Below, piece after piece: positions 37,556-46,826 of a stretch of DNA of 64,000 nucleotides. Source of the stretch: Candidatus Wirthbacteria bacterium (GTDB lineage Bacteria > Patescibacteriota > CG2-30-54-11). How positions within the stretch are numbered: position 1 is the stretch's first letter; every line of letters starts with the position of its first letter. The stretch is taken from NCBI GenBank assembly GCA_903889905.1, contig CAISZI010000048.1, forward strand, positions 5,881 to 69,880, written 5' to 3'. The notes under the pieces were generated by a model, which did not search any database, was not told the DNA's origin, and saw only the letters and a list, made by a program, of their open reading frames with translations. A program made the translations under genes and the position numbers.

Positions 37556-39820
37556 ATGTCCACACCCATCGCGACCTTTGTCGGCAAGGTTATCGGTACC
37601 AAGCTTTCCCCCAAAAGCCACAACTGGTCAAATGTCTACGTTTATGAACCGACGATCGACAAGGTCGGCCAAAGCCGTGGCAACCTCTACCTCATCCTGG
37701 ATCTGCCCAAAGATTACGAGGAACTGGGCAACACCATCATCAACTCCATGCGCGAGAAATATTACGCCGACCTCGATGTCGAACCCCTAACCAGCCTCGA
37801 GGCAACGCTTGCCTTTGCCAACAAAAAAATTGATGATTTCAACAAACGCCTGATAACCCTGCGCCAGCAAACCCTCAAACGCATTAACATTACCGCGGCA
37901 ATTCTCGTCGGTCAGGACCTCCATATCGCGCAGATTGGTGATGGCAGCATTTACCTCATCCGCAAAGGCCGCCTCAATAAAATCGGCAACGTCGGCCCGC
38001 AGCAAAAAACAGACCTGCCCGCATTTGTGAACATCGCCAGCGGCAAAATCGAAGTCGGCGACATTATGACTTTTAATACCAACAAACTTTTTGAGATCGT
38101 TCCTCTCTCACAATTCAAGGAAATCGTCACGACCTGTTACCCTTCAGTCGCTGCTTCACGCCTCTCGGAACTGATTACCAAACACCCGGCGCTCGACAAT
38201 GTTCCGAGTGTGCTGGTGGTGGAAATCAATGCCAACATCGAAGCTTCGACCGCAACCCCGGACGGCAGAAGCAATGAGCTGCCAAACCGCGTCAAAGTCA
38301 GCAAGGACACCTTTGCCGCCAAACTTAACCAGACTGAAGACGATACCGATCCACGCCCGACCGAACAAGCCCAGACGCCAAACACACCGGTATCGAGCAC
38401 CGGTTTTGACAACACCTCGGACGCAGCCTTTCCTTCGTTTGAGCCCACGGTGCCGCCACTGGAATCGACGCCCACACCCGTTGCCACGGAAATTCCCAAA
38501 CCAATTGCCAGTCCGTTTCAAAATTCTTCTGGCGATGTCGGTGGCTATCATCCCCGCCGCCACCGCCGCAACGATGGCCAGAACCAACTGCTGGGCACCC
38601 TCAAAAACTTTTTGACCAACATCCCGAGTTGGAGTGACATCCGTGAAGACCCGTCCAAAATCAGCAAGATCTTTTTGCTCATCGGCATTGTTTTGATCCT
38701 CGTGGTGGGTTTTAGCGTGATCCGCGACCGCTCCAAAAGCAACCCGGCAGTAAAGTCCAGCCAAGCTCTGACCGAAGCGCAGACCAATTACAACCTGGCC
38801 ATGGATAAAATGCGCACCAATGACCTGGTCAACGCCCGTGAATACCTGCTCGCGGCACTGGACAAGGCTCACGAAGCGCAAACATTAAAAATTTACAGCG
38901 CCGCTACCATCAACAGTCTGATCGCCGACATTCAGTCAGAACTCGATACCGTCGACCATGTGACACGCATTACGGACGCAACTCCGATTGCCGACCTCAG
39001 CACCCTGGCCAGCGACGTCAAACCCGTCAAAATGGCCTTTGCCGCCGGCTCGCTATTCTTCCTTGACAACGCCAACCAGCGCCTGTATGCCATGAACAAA
39101 GACACCCACAAACTGACCGTTGCCAAATCGCAACTTACCGATGCCGGCAGCGCCACTCTACTCACAGTCACCAAAGATATCGGCTACCTCTTTGGCAAAA
39201 ACGAAACTGGCGCCAACCAGTATTTCACGTATGATCCCAAAACCAACAAAGTCACTAAACTCGCTGCTTCTTTCAACGACGCACCGCACGCTGCATCTGT
39301 TCTGACCAGCTGGACGGACAACAATGCCGGCATCCGCCTCTATGCGGTTGACCCGACGGTCGGTGGCGTCTGGCGTTACCGCTTTGCCGGCGCCAAGCTC
39401 ACTGCGCCCACGGATATCATCAATGCCGACACCACTCGCCCGGATTTCAAAAATGTCATCGGCGCCGCTGTCGACGGCAATGTTTACCTCCTCATGAATA
39501 GCGGCGAACTGCTCAAATACGTCAATGGCAAAATCGACACCAACTTCAAACTCAAGGGCATGGCCAAACCACTTACCGACGCCGTCGCCCTGGCGACGTT
39601 CTCCAAGGACGAAACATCGCCAGACGCCACCGGCAAATACATCTACATCGCCGACCATGGCAACAAACAAATCCTCATCTTCAACAAAGCTGATGGTGCT
39701 CTCAACAAAATTTACGCTGCCACCAACGCCTTTAACGACCTCAAGGACATTTACATTGACGAACTCTCCAACCTGCTCTTCATCCTCGATGGCACCAAAG
39801 TCTACCAAATTCAACTCTAG
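37556..39820 (+). CDS. 754-aa hypothetical protein: PP2C/SpoIIE-like N-domain, Pro/Thr-rich linker, one TM helix, C-terminal repeated beta-rich domain
   Basis: ..AAILVGQDLHIAQIGDGSIYLIRKG.. resembles PP2C strand motifs. TM ..IFLLIGIVLILVVGF.. near residue 380. Confidence 0.55.
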   Translation: MSTPIATFVGKVIGTKLSPKSHNWSNVYVYEPTIDKVGQSRGNLYLILDLPKDYEELGNTIINSMREKYYADLDVEPLTSLEATLAFANKKIDDFNKRLITLRQQTLKRINITAAILVGQDLHIAQIGDGSIYLIRKGRLNKIGNVGPQQKTDLPAFVNIASGKIEVGDIMTFNTNKLFEIVPLSQFKEIVTTCYPSVAASRLSELITKHPALDNVPSVLVVEINANIEASTATPDGRSNELPNRVKVSKDTFAAKLNQTEDDTDPRPTEQAQTPNTPVSSTGFDNTSDAAFPSFEPTVPPLESTPTPVATEIPKPIASPFQNSSGDVGGYHPRRHRRNDGQNQLLGTLKNFLTNIPSWSDIREDPSKISKIFLLIGIVLILVVGFSVIRDRSKSNPAVKSSQALTEAQTNYNLAMDKMRTNDLVNAREYLLAALDKAHEAQTLKIYSAATINSLIADIQSELDTVDHVTRITDATPIADLSTLASDVKPVKMAFAAGSLFFLDNANQRLYAMNKDTHKLTVAKSQLTDAGSATLLTVTKDIGYLFGKNETGANQYFTYDPKTNKVTKLAASFNDAPHAASVLTSWTDNNAGIRLYAVDPTVGGVWRYRFAGAKLTAPTDIINADTTRPDFKNVIGAAVDGNVYLLMNSGELLKYVNGKIDTNFKLKGMAKPLTDAVALATFSKDETSPDATGKYIYIADHGNKQILIFNKADGALNKIYAATNAFNDLKDIYIDELSNLLFILDGTKVYQIQL

Positions 39821-39855
39821 TCAATCGATTGCGTCACTTAACCTGATCACCAAAA

Positions 39856-39880
39856 AAGAGACACTCAAATTGAGTGTCTC
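39856..39880. terminator. bidirectional rho-independent terminator (perfect 11-bp stem agagacactca-att-tgagtgtctct) flanked by A and T runs
   Basis: Lies between convergent genes. Confidence 0.6.
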
Positions 39881-39904
39881 TTTACAAATGCTGCTGAAGC
39901 TAGC

Positions 39905-40258
39905 TTACTCGGACTGTTGCTTGAGTTCTTTTGCTGCGAGTCTCACCTCGATCAGCTGTTTGGCATCCTGGGCTTTGGCTTTGGCCACTTTGCTCCAGTC
40001 TTCAACTTTGTCCTGCACCAGGGCCGCGGTTTTCTTGACATGCTCCTGCACTTTGGGCAAATTTTCATCCTTGAACCGGTTGATTTCTGCTTTGTACACT
40101 CCGGAATTGCTTTTCAGTTTAGCAATCTGCCCTTTGACTTTGATCCGGGTGTCCTCGCCTTTTTCGGGCGCCAACAGTAACCCAACGACCGCTCCAATTG
40201 CGGCTCCAGCGATCAGTCCCGCCCTGAAGATCAAACCCGACGGATTGTTTCTAGCCAT
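39905..40258 (-). CDS. YtxH-like (DUF948) protein
   Basis: ..GLIAGAAIGAVVGLLLAPEKGEDTR.. Start chosen at internal Met (MARNNPSG). Confidence 0.5.
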   Translation of the reverse strand: MARNNPSGLIFRAGLIAGAAIGAVVGLLLAPEKGEDTRIKVKGQIAKLKSNSGVYKAEINRFKDENLPKVQEHVKKTAALVQDKVEDWSKVAKAKAQDAKQLIEVRLAAKELKQQSE

Positions 40259-40283
40259 GACAGGCACCTCACACTTCAAAAAA

Positions 40284-40589
40284 TTAGCTTTGCGTTTCAA
40301 CTGTTGCATCCGTGGTTTTCTTGGATTTCCGGACTTTTTTCATCATCCCGCCTGCTTTGCGGAAAATTTCCATGGCAGCCCCGACGCTTTCAAAAATTTC
40401 GTCAATTTTGGCTACCCGGCGTTCGACCGTGTCCGTGACTTTGCGAAAATCAGAAGCAATCAAACGGAATTCTGTCAAAATTGGCCCGATAAAGGCGATC
40501 AAAAAGACCAGATTGAGCGTCAGCATGATCAGAATGGCAATCCCGACGATCAGGCCCAAACTCATAATTCCTCCTGTCATTGGAAGCAT
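40284..40589 (-). CDS. small membrane protein, DUF948-like
   Basis: N-terminal TM then charged helix. Start probably MSLGLIVG. Confidence 0.4.
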   Translation of the reverse strand: MLPMTGGIMSLGLIVGIAILIMLTLNLVFLIAFIGPILTEFRLIASDFRKVTDTVERRVAKIDEIFESVGAAMEIFRKAGGMMKKVRKSKKTTDATVETQS

Positions 40590-40718
40590 AAAATAATCAA
40601 CTTGCCATTAAAACTATAACAATGTAGCCTCTAAATAGCAATCCTCCTGTACCAAAGACGGAAATCTTTGGTATAATATACAGAAAGTCACCTCCACCCA
40701 CTATTAATCAAAAATAAA

Positions 40719-41600
40719 ATGGCCTACTATCCGCTCATCTGGCGTAACTGCTGCACCCAACAATGCCCTCACTATTATCTTCGCAATGGCAAATTTTATT
40801 GCCAGTCCAAGGATTTTCACTACTGGCTTTACCGCTATCTGCAGCGTGAACTTAATCAATACCGTGAAGAAAATGCCAAGGAATACCCCGATTTCGCTGA
40901 ATACAATGGTAAAGTCTTTGATGCGGTGGGTGATTTTTTCTTGTTTTTGGAAAAACCACCTTACAAAGTCACGGCCTGCCCGATTTATACAGACATGAAA
41001 GCGCAAGCAGCCGCTGCGGACGAAGCCGCACAAAAAGCCAAGGAATTAGAACTGCAGGCCGCGCGCGAAAAAGCCGAAAACGAACGCTTGGCAGCATTGG
41101 ATGCCGAACGTAAATACAAAGAAGACAGGGGTCAACTCGACCAAGATACCGCAGACCGCCTTGCCCGGGAGACTGAGAAGGCAAAAACTGAACAGGAACG
41201 CCTGAGAGCAGAAGAATTAAGGATGTTGGCAGACGAACAACGCCAGTTAGAATTACGTGAAGCCAGAGAAAACGAGGAAAAAGAATCGCGCGAGAGAGCT
41301 GAACACGAACGCCTGCTTGAATTGCAACAGGTCGAAAACCTGGAAAAACAGCGGATTGCAGAGGAAACCAAACGCCTGGCCGAAGAAAAATGGGCTCAAG
41401 AACAGACGGAAACCGAGAAAAAGGAAAAAAGAGAAGCTGAGGAAGAAGCAGCCCGAAAAGCTGACGCAGAAGCAAAACAAAGACGACTTGAGCAGGAAGC
41501 AGAAGATCAGTATAATCCAAGCGCTGTGGATACCGACGACGGGGAAAAAATCCACAAAGACCCCGATGTGCCATTTTGGAAAAAATGGTTCAAAAAATAG
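40719..41600 (+). CDS. hypothetical protein: Cys/aromatic-rich N-domain plus long E/R/K/A-rich coiled coil; stop codon overlaps first nucleotide of downstream tRNA
   Basis: ORF track. TAG at 41598-41600; the tRNA begins at 41600. Confidence 0.5.
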   Translation: MAYYPLIWRNCCTQQCPHYYLRNGKFYCQSKDFHYWLYRYLQRELNQYREENAKEYPDFAEYNGKVFDAVGDFFLFLEKPPYKVTACPIYTDMKAQAAAADEAAQKAKELELQAAREKAENERLAALDAERKYKEDRGQLDQDTADRLARETEKAKTEQERLRAEELRMLADEQRQLELREARENEEKESRERAEHERLLELQQVENLEKQRIAEETKRLAEEKWAQEQTETEKKEKREAEEEAARKADAEAKQRRLEQEAEDQYNPSAVDTDDGEKIHKDPDVPFWKKWFKK

Positions 41601-41676
41601 GGCCCATAGCTCAGGGGTAGAGCGCTCGGCTCATAACCGATTGGTCACAGGTTCGAAGCCTGTTGGGCCCACCATG
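41600..41676 (+). tRNA. tRNA with CAU anticodon, encoded CCA; acceptor C4-G69/C5-G68 suggests tRNA-Ile2 (lysidine)
   Basis: Manual cloverleaf: gggccca/tgggccc acceptor, GCTC..GAGC D-arm, anticodon loop cuCAUaa, T-arm acagg-ttcgaag-cctgt. Confidence 0.75.
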
Positions 41677-41780
41677 TAGAATGACTTGGTAAGCCTGCGA
41701 ACTTAGTCATTCTTATCCCTGAAAGCCTGTAATCAAGCTGTAAGGGACCTTCGTTAAAGCTACGGTTGGCTTCGCCATTT

Positions 41781-41810
41781 AGAGGTAATGAACAGGTTGA
41801 AAAAACTTGT
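41781..41810 (+). promoter_or_regulatory. candidate sigma70 promoter for the ftsB-like gene (TTGAAA-16 nt-TATGAT)
   Basis: Read directly from the sequence. Confidence 0.3.
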
Positions 41811-41860
41811 GTCCGAGGTATGATGCTGCATGGTTATAATTTATTGCTCTAAATGACATC

Positions 41861-42301
41861 TTGATGATTCAAAGTTCACGTAAAAGCAGCATTTTCAGCC
41901 TCTCCAATTCAAAAGCATTCCTGATCATTGGGGTGTTGATTACTTTTTTTATGTCTGTCAACCTGGTCAAAGCCATTCAGGAAAACCGTCAGGTACAGCA
42001 GGGTATCGACAAACTCCAGCTGCAGCTTAGCGATCTGAACAAACAAAACCAGAACCTGAACACGACGCTGGATTACACCAAAACCGACCTGTTTGTGGAA
42101 GAAGAAGCCCGCAACCGTCTCAACCTGAAAAAGACCGATGAAATCGTTGTCTCACTTCCGCCTGACAAAGTGGCTATCCGCGAGCAAAGCTCCGCCGAAT
42201 ACAAAGCCATTCAGGACCGGAGCCAACAGCCCAACCCGCGCAAATGGTTTGATTACTTCTTCGCCGGGTCGACCAATTCATCTTCATCCACTACCAATTA
42301 A
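41861..42301 (+). CDS. ftsB: septum formation initiator family protein (FtsB/DivIC-like)
   Basis: N-terminal TM, coiled coil, ..EEEARNRLNLKKTDEIVV.. signature. Confidence 0.6.
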   Translation: MMIQSSRKSSIFSLSNSKAFLIIGVLITFFMSVNLVKAIQENRQVQQGIDKLQLQLSDLNKQNQNLNTTLDYTKTDLFVEEEARNRLNLKKTDEIVVSLPPDKVAIREQSSAEYKAIQDRSQQPNPRKWFDYFFAGSTNSSSSTTN

Positions 42302-42355
42302 TGATAAGCTTGACAAGTCCTGTCAGTCTTGGCAATATTTACACTTGTTGATTGT

Positions 42356-42430
42356 GGCAGGGTAGCTCAGTGGTAGAGCAAAGGACTCATAAGCCTTTGG
42401 TCGGGAGTTCAAATCTCCCCCCTGCCACCA
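42356..42430 (+). tRNA. tRNA-Met (CAU), probable elongator, encoded CCA
   Basis: Manual cloverleaf: ggcaggg/ccctgcc acceptor with G1-C72, anticodon loop cuCAUaa. Confidence 0.75.
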
Positions 42431-42556
42431 GCCTTCGCTTCTGGAAGTCTGCTCATTAAGCAGACAAGCTTCGGCTGGCAGCGCCATCAAGCTTGACTTG
42501 TGAATAGTCATGCATACTTGCGCCCAATGCCAAATTGAGGTATCTTGGGGAGGCGT

Positions 42557-42631
42557 CGCGGGATGGAGCAGTGGCAGCTCGTCGGGCTCATAACCCGAAG
42601 GTCGGGGGTTCGAATCCCTCTCCCGCTACCA
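42557..42631 (+). tRNA. initiator tRNA-fMet (CAU), encoded CCA
   Basis: Near-identical to E. coli tRNA-fMet in 5' half (CGCGGG..GCTCGTCGGGCTCATAACCCGAAGGTCG); C1 unpaired with 72; three G-C pairs closing the anticodon stem. Confidence 0.8.
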
Positions 42632-42649
42632 GAAATTTCAACAAGTCTC

Positions 42650-42671
42650 GTCCCATGGACGGGACTTTTTT
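42650..42671 (+). terminator. rho-independent terminator after the tRNA cluster
   Basis: gtccc-atggac-gggac plus TTTTTT. Confidence 0.5.
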
Positions 42672-42708
42672 GTTATCCAAAAACGCTAAAAAAGGCTATA
42701 ATACATAC

Positions 42709-45297
42709 ATGAGCTCCTCATTTAACACCAAAATCAAATCTCTCGAATACCTGAATGTCGCCGCTGCTTCTGCGATGACAACGGACGTATTGCTTGCCAA
42801 AATGCAAACCCAGGTTACCGGTTTAAGTGCCATTTCGATCAAAGAGCGCTTAGAACAGTTTGGTCCCAACGAAATTGCCGCCAAGAAGCCGCAGCCGTGG
42901 TACTGGCAATTACTGGGAAACTTCAAAGATCCGTTAAGCATCCTGTTACTGTCATTAGGTATATTATCCGGCCTGACCGGAGACAGCAAAGCCACAATCA
43001 TCATCTGCACCATGCTCACCTTGAGTGTATTGATGCGCTTTGTCCAGGAAAAACGCGCTGACAAAGCCGCCAACGACCTCAAAGCCATGGTCCATACCAC
43101 CACAACCGTTGTTCGCGCTGCCGTCCAAAAGGACATCAATCTCGCTGAGATTGTCCCCGGCGATATTGTGCATCTCAGTTCTGGTGACATGATCCCGGCC
43201 GACTTGCGCATCCTCGTATCCAAAGACTTATTTGTCAACCAGTCGTCGCTCACCGGTGAGGCCTTGCCAGTGGAAAAACATGCCCAGCCGACGCATACGG
43301 CCGCGAGTGACTACGACATGGAAAACATCTGCTATATGGGCACCAATGTAGTGAGCGGTACGGCTGCTGCTGTGGTTTTTGCCACGGGAGACAAAACCCG
43401 TTTTGGCAGTTTTGCCAGTAAAATGAGTGCCACCAGACAGCTCACCAGTTTTGACCAGGGTATCAATAAATTCACCTATTTGATGCTGCGGTTCATTGGC
43501 GTGATGGTTCCCTTGGTTTTTCTCATCAATGGATTCAGCAAGGGCAACTGGTTACAGGCTTTTCTGTTTGCCATGGCTGTGGCCGTTGGCCTGACGCCCG
43601 AAATGCTGCCCATGATCGTGACTGTCAACCTGAGCAAAGGCGCACTTGAAATGTCGAGGCGCAAAGTGATCGTCAAGCGACTCAATGCCATCCAGAACTT
43701 TGGCGCCATGGATGTATTGTGTACCGATAAAACGGGAACCCTTACTCTCGGCCGAGTTGTGTTGATCAAACACGTGGATATCACTGGTGCCGAAAACGTC
43801 AACATCCTCGACATGGCATACCTCAATAGTTTCTACCAGACTGGCCTCAAAAACATTCTCGACACTGCTGTGCTCAAACACGACAGCCAACTCACTCGCA
43901 ATCTCATCCGCCACTTCACCAAAATTGACGAAATCCCCTTTGATTTTGTGCGTCGTCGTATGTCCGTGGTGGTTGAGAACGAACACCAGGAACACTTCCT
44001 GGTCTGCAAAGGCGCTTCTGAGGAGATCCTGGCGCACTGTTCCAAAGTTCAAATTGGTGACAAAGTAACCAACCTGGAACAATACCATCACCAGCACAAA
44101 GACGATATCATGCGGGATTTGAGCAACCAGGGCTTTCGTCTGATTGCGCAGGCAATCAAAAAAATGCCGGCAGCCAAAACGGTCTACAAAATTCCGGATG
44201 AAAGTGACATGACGCTGCTCGGTTTTCTGGCCTTTCTCGACCCACCCAAAAGCTCCTCGCGCAAAGCCATTGCCGAGCTGCATAACTATGGTGTCAACGT
44301 CAAAATCCTGACTGGCGATAACGAGCTGGTGGCAGCAAAAATCTGTGAACAGGTCGGAATCTCGCATCAGCAAATCCTGCTCGGATCACAAATTGCGGCA
44401 ATGTCGGAACAGGAGTTCAGCCAGGCCGTTGAGGATACAGCCATTTTTGCCAAGCTGGAGCCACAACACAAAGAACGGATTATCAAGGCGCTTCAAGCGC
44501 GCGGGCATGTGGTTGGCTTTATGGGTGACGGCATCAATGATGCGCCAGCGCTTAAAGTCGCGGATGTGGGCATTTCCGTTGATAGCGCCGTTGATATAGC
44601 CAAGGAATCCTCCGATATCATCCTGCTCAAACAAAGCCTGCTCGTGCTCAAAGAAGGGGTGCGTGAAGGCCGCAAAATTTTCGCCAATATCAACAAATAC
44701 ATCAAAATGACGGCGAGCTCCAACTTTGGCAACATGTTTTCGGTACTGGGAAGCAGTATCTTCCTGCCTTTCCTGCCCATGCAGCCGATTCAGGTGATCA
44801 CCAATAATTTATTGTATGACATTTCCCAGATTGGTATCCCCAGTGATCATGTCGATGAGGAATATTTACAAAAACCACGTCGCTGGGACATCAAACACAT
44901 CCGCAATTTCATCATTTTCCTGGGTCCTGTGAGTTCAGTTTTTGACTACCTCACTTATTTTGCCATGCTCTATATCTTCCATGCCTGGCAAAACCCTGCT
45001 TTGTTTCAAACCGGCTGGTTTGTCGAATCACTGTTTACCCAAACCCTGATCATCCATGTGATTCGAACCCAGAAATTGCCCTTTGTCCAAAGCAAAGCCA
45101 GTCGCTTGCTGACGATCACCACTACCACCATCGTCATTTTGGGTGCGCTGCTGCCCTTTTCGCCGCTGGCGGCGGCACTTGGCTTCACACCACTGCCACT
45201 TGCCTACTTTGGCGTCCTGACCATTTTCCTATTGTTGTACTTTGTGCTGGCAGAACTGATCAAGCGACTCTTCATCCGCCGTTTTGGCTGGGAATAA
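42709..45297 (+). CDS. mgtA: magnesium-translocating P-type ATPase
   Basis: CTDKTGTLT, TGDN, MGDGINDAPALK, 10 TM. The first ATG after the tRNA terminator is at 42709; the ORF-track start at 42535 lies inside the tRNA. Confidence 0.85.
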   Translation: MSSSFNTKIKSLEYLNVAAASAMTTDVLLAKMQTQVTGLSAISIKERLEQFGPNEIAAKKPQPWYWQLLGNFKDPLSILLLSLGILSGLTGDSKATIIICTMLTLSVLMRFVQEKRADKAANDLKAMVHTTTTVVRAAVQKDINLAEIVPGDIVHLSSGDMIPADLRILVSKDLFVNQSSLTGEALPVEKHAQPTHTAASDYDMENICYMGTNVVSGTAAAVVFATGDKTRFGSFASKMSATRQLTSFDQGINKFTYLMLRFIGVMVPLVFLINGFSKGNWLQAFLFAMAVAVGLTPEMLPMIVTVNLSKGALEMSRRKVIVKRLNAIQNFGAMDVLCTDKTGTLTLGRVVLIKHVDITGAENVNILDMAYLNSFYQTGLKNILDTAVLKHDSQLTRNLIRHFTKIDEIPFDFVRRRMSVVVENEHQEHFLVCKGASEEILAHCSKVQIGDKVTNLEQYHHQHKDDIMRDLSNQGFRLIAQAIKKMPAAKTVYKIPDESDMTLLGFLAFLDPPKSSSRKAIAELHNYGVNVKILTGDNELVAAKICEQVGISHQQILLGSQIAAMSEQEFSQAVEDTAIFAKLEPQHKERIIKALQARGHVVGFMGDGINDAPALKVADVGISVDSAVDIAKESSDIILLKQSLLVLKEGVREGRKIFANINKYIKMTASSNFGNMFSVLGSSIFLPFLPMQPIQVITNNLLYDISQIGIPSDHVDEEYLQKPRRWDIKHIRNFIIFLGPVSSVFDYLTYFAMLYIFHAWQNPALFQTGWFVESLFTQTLIIHVIRTQKLPFVQSKASRLLTITTTTIVILGALLPFSPLAAALGFTPLPLAYFGVLTIFLLLYFVLAELIKRLFIRRFGWE

Positions 45298-45303
45298 TTT
45301 GGT

Positions 45304-45981
45304 TTAACAAACACGTTGATCGATCCAGTGCTTTGAATCCCTGGCTGGAGCTTCAGCTGATTTATAGTGATTGACCTCAAACACCGTCAGCCAATCATCC
45401 GGGCATGGCACTAGTAATGACGCCAAGGCCTCAGGATTCCGTTGTTCGCCATCAAGCCATAGCTGAGCCTTGTCCTCGCCCAAAATGACTGGCATACGAT
45501 CGTGGATGGCCGCCATGGCCCGATTGGGCGTGGTGGTAATGATCGTACAGGATTGGACAGCGACTCCCTGCGGACTTTGCCAGCGCTCCCATAATCCAGC
45601 GAAGCTAAAGAATTCACCCCGTGTCGGCTGAATGGCGAATTTACGTTTAGGCACCTCATTCTTGGGCCATTCATAAAAGCCATTCGCCGGAATCAAACAG
45701 CGGCGACGAAGGTAAGCGTCCCGGAATGTTGGTTTGTCCGCAACCGTTTCGGCACGGGCGTTGAAGGTTTTAAAGCCAAAGGCCTGAGCTTTGGCCCAGG
45801 CAGGGATTAAACCCCACCGCATATAATGCAATTCGCGCTGCTCTGACGCCGTAACCGTAAGCACATCACTCCCTGGCCGCAGGTTGTAATCCGGTGTCCA
45901 ATCCACTTTCGCCTTTTCACCGACTTGGTAATAGGCGGCAATTTTAGTGATAGGCGAATAGACGTAAAAGGTGCCGCACAT
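45304..45981 (-). CDS. yedK: SOS-response-associated peptidase (SRAP/YedK, DUF159)
   Basis: N-terminal MCGTF (catalytic Cys2). 225 aa. Confidence 0.75.
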   Translation of the reverse strand: MCGTFYVYSPITKIAAYYQVGEKAKVDWTPDYNLRPGSDVLTVTASEQRELHYMRWGLIPAWAKAQAFGFKTFNARAETVADKPTFRDAYLRRRCLIPANGFYEWPKNEVPKRKFAIQPTRGEFFSFAGLWERWQSPQGVAVQSCTIITTTPNRAMAAIHDRMPVILGEDKAQLWLDGEQRNPEALASLLVPCPDDWLTVFEVNHYKSAEAPARDSKHWIDQRVC

Positions 45982-46011
45982 GACTGGCGACTCCCAAGTG
46001 ATTAACTAAAC

Positions 46012-46824
46012 TCAACCCGCCAACTTCCTCGCCGCCAGGGCACAAAGGAACAGGACAAAACTCAACAAGACGATGGTCGCCCCCGTGGGAAGGTTGAGGG
46101 CAAAGGAGAGAACGATACCCGCCACGATTGCGAAAACCGAAATCGCCATGCTCAATAACAGGGCGGCGCGAAAATCACCGGCAAGCTGTAAAGCTGTGGT
46201 GGCCGGCAAGATAAGTAATGCCGAGACCAGCATCACTCCCACCACCTGAATCGACAGCACAACCACAATCGCGGTCAAGACAAAAAAAGCCGCATTGATC
46301 CACTGGGTTTTGATGCCCAGGCTCACGGCATACGTTTCATCAAAAGTCAGCGCGAACAAATCATAATACAGCAGCGCCACGGCAGCGATGACGACGATTG
46401 AAAGCCCGATCGAAATCAACATTTCACTCTGACCAATGGCGAGGATGTTGCCAAACAGATAACTAAACAAATCGACATTAAAGCCATGCGCTAAACTAGC
46501 CATCATCACGCCGCTCGCAATGCCGACTGCCGACACAATACCAATCGCAGTATCACCATAAACTTTGGCTTTGGTCGTGAGCAACAAAATCACCAGTGCT
46601 CCAACCATCGCCACAGGCAATGCGACAAAGAGTGGAAAAATGCCCGCCAGCAAGCCCAGGGCAACGCCGGCAAAGCTGGTATGGGCGAGACCATCGCCAA
46701 TCAAACTGAATTTCCGCAGCACCAGAAAAATGCCCAGCAGCGCGCACAACATGCCCACAAATGTCCCTGCCACCACTGCCCGCTGGATAAATGCAAATTG
46801 CCATAAATCGATCAAATTCTGCAT
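46012..46824 (-). CDS. znuB: metal (Zn/Mn) ABC transporter permease
   Basis: ABC-3 family, 8-9 TM. Confidence 0.75.
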   Translation of the reverse strand: MQNLIDLWQFAFIQRAVVAGTFVGMLCALLGIFLVLRKFSLIGDGLAHTSFAGVALGLLAGIFPLFVALPVAMVGALVILLLTTKAKVYGDTAIGIVSAVGIASGVMMASLAHGFNVDLFSYLFGNILAIGQSEMLISIGLSIVVIAAVALLYYDLFALTFDETYAVSLGIKTQWINAAFFVLTAIVVVLSIQVVGVMLVSALLILPATTALQLAGDFRAALLLSMAISVFAIVAGIVLSFALNLPTGATIVLLSFVLFLCALAARKLAG

Positions 46825-46826
46825 CG

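Noticed and set aside
39525-40619. 364-aa S/T/P-rich plus-strand ORF
   Set aside because: Spans the terminator and two oppositely oriented well-formed genes; low-complexity; no start context.
42669-42702. -35 TTGTTA paired with -10 TATAAT before mgtA
   Set aside because: Spacer is 21 nt, too long. Only the -10 hexamer is retained as evidence in the mgtA finding.
42535-42708. N-terminal 58 codons of the ORF-track mgtA ORF
   Set aside because: This region is the initiator tRNA plus its terminator; the real mgtA start is the ATG at 42709.
43552-44373. 273-aa minus-strand ORF inside mgtA
   Set aside because: Antisense to the P-type ATPase.
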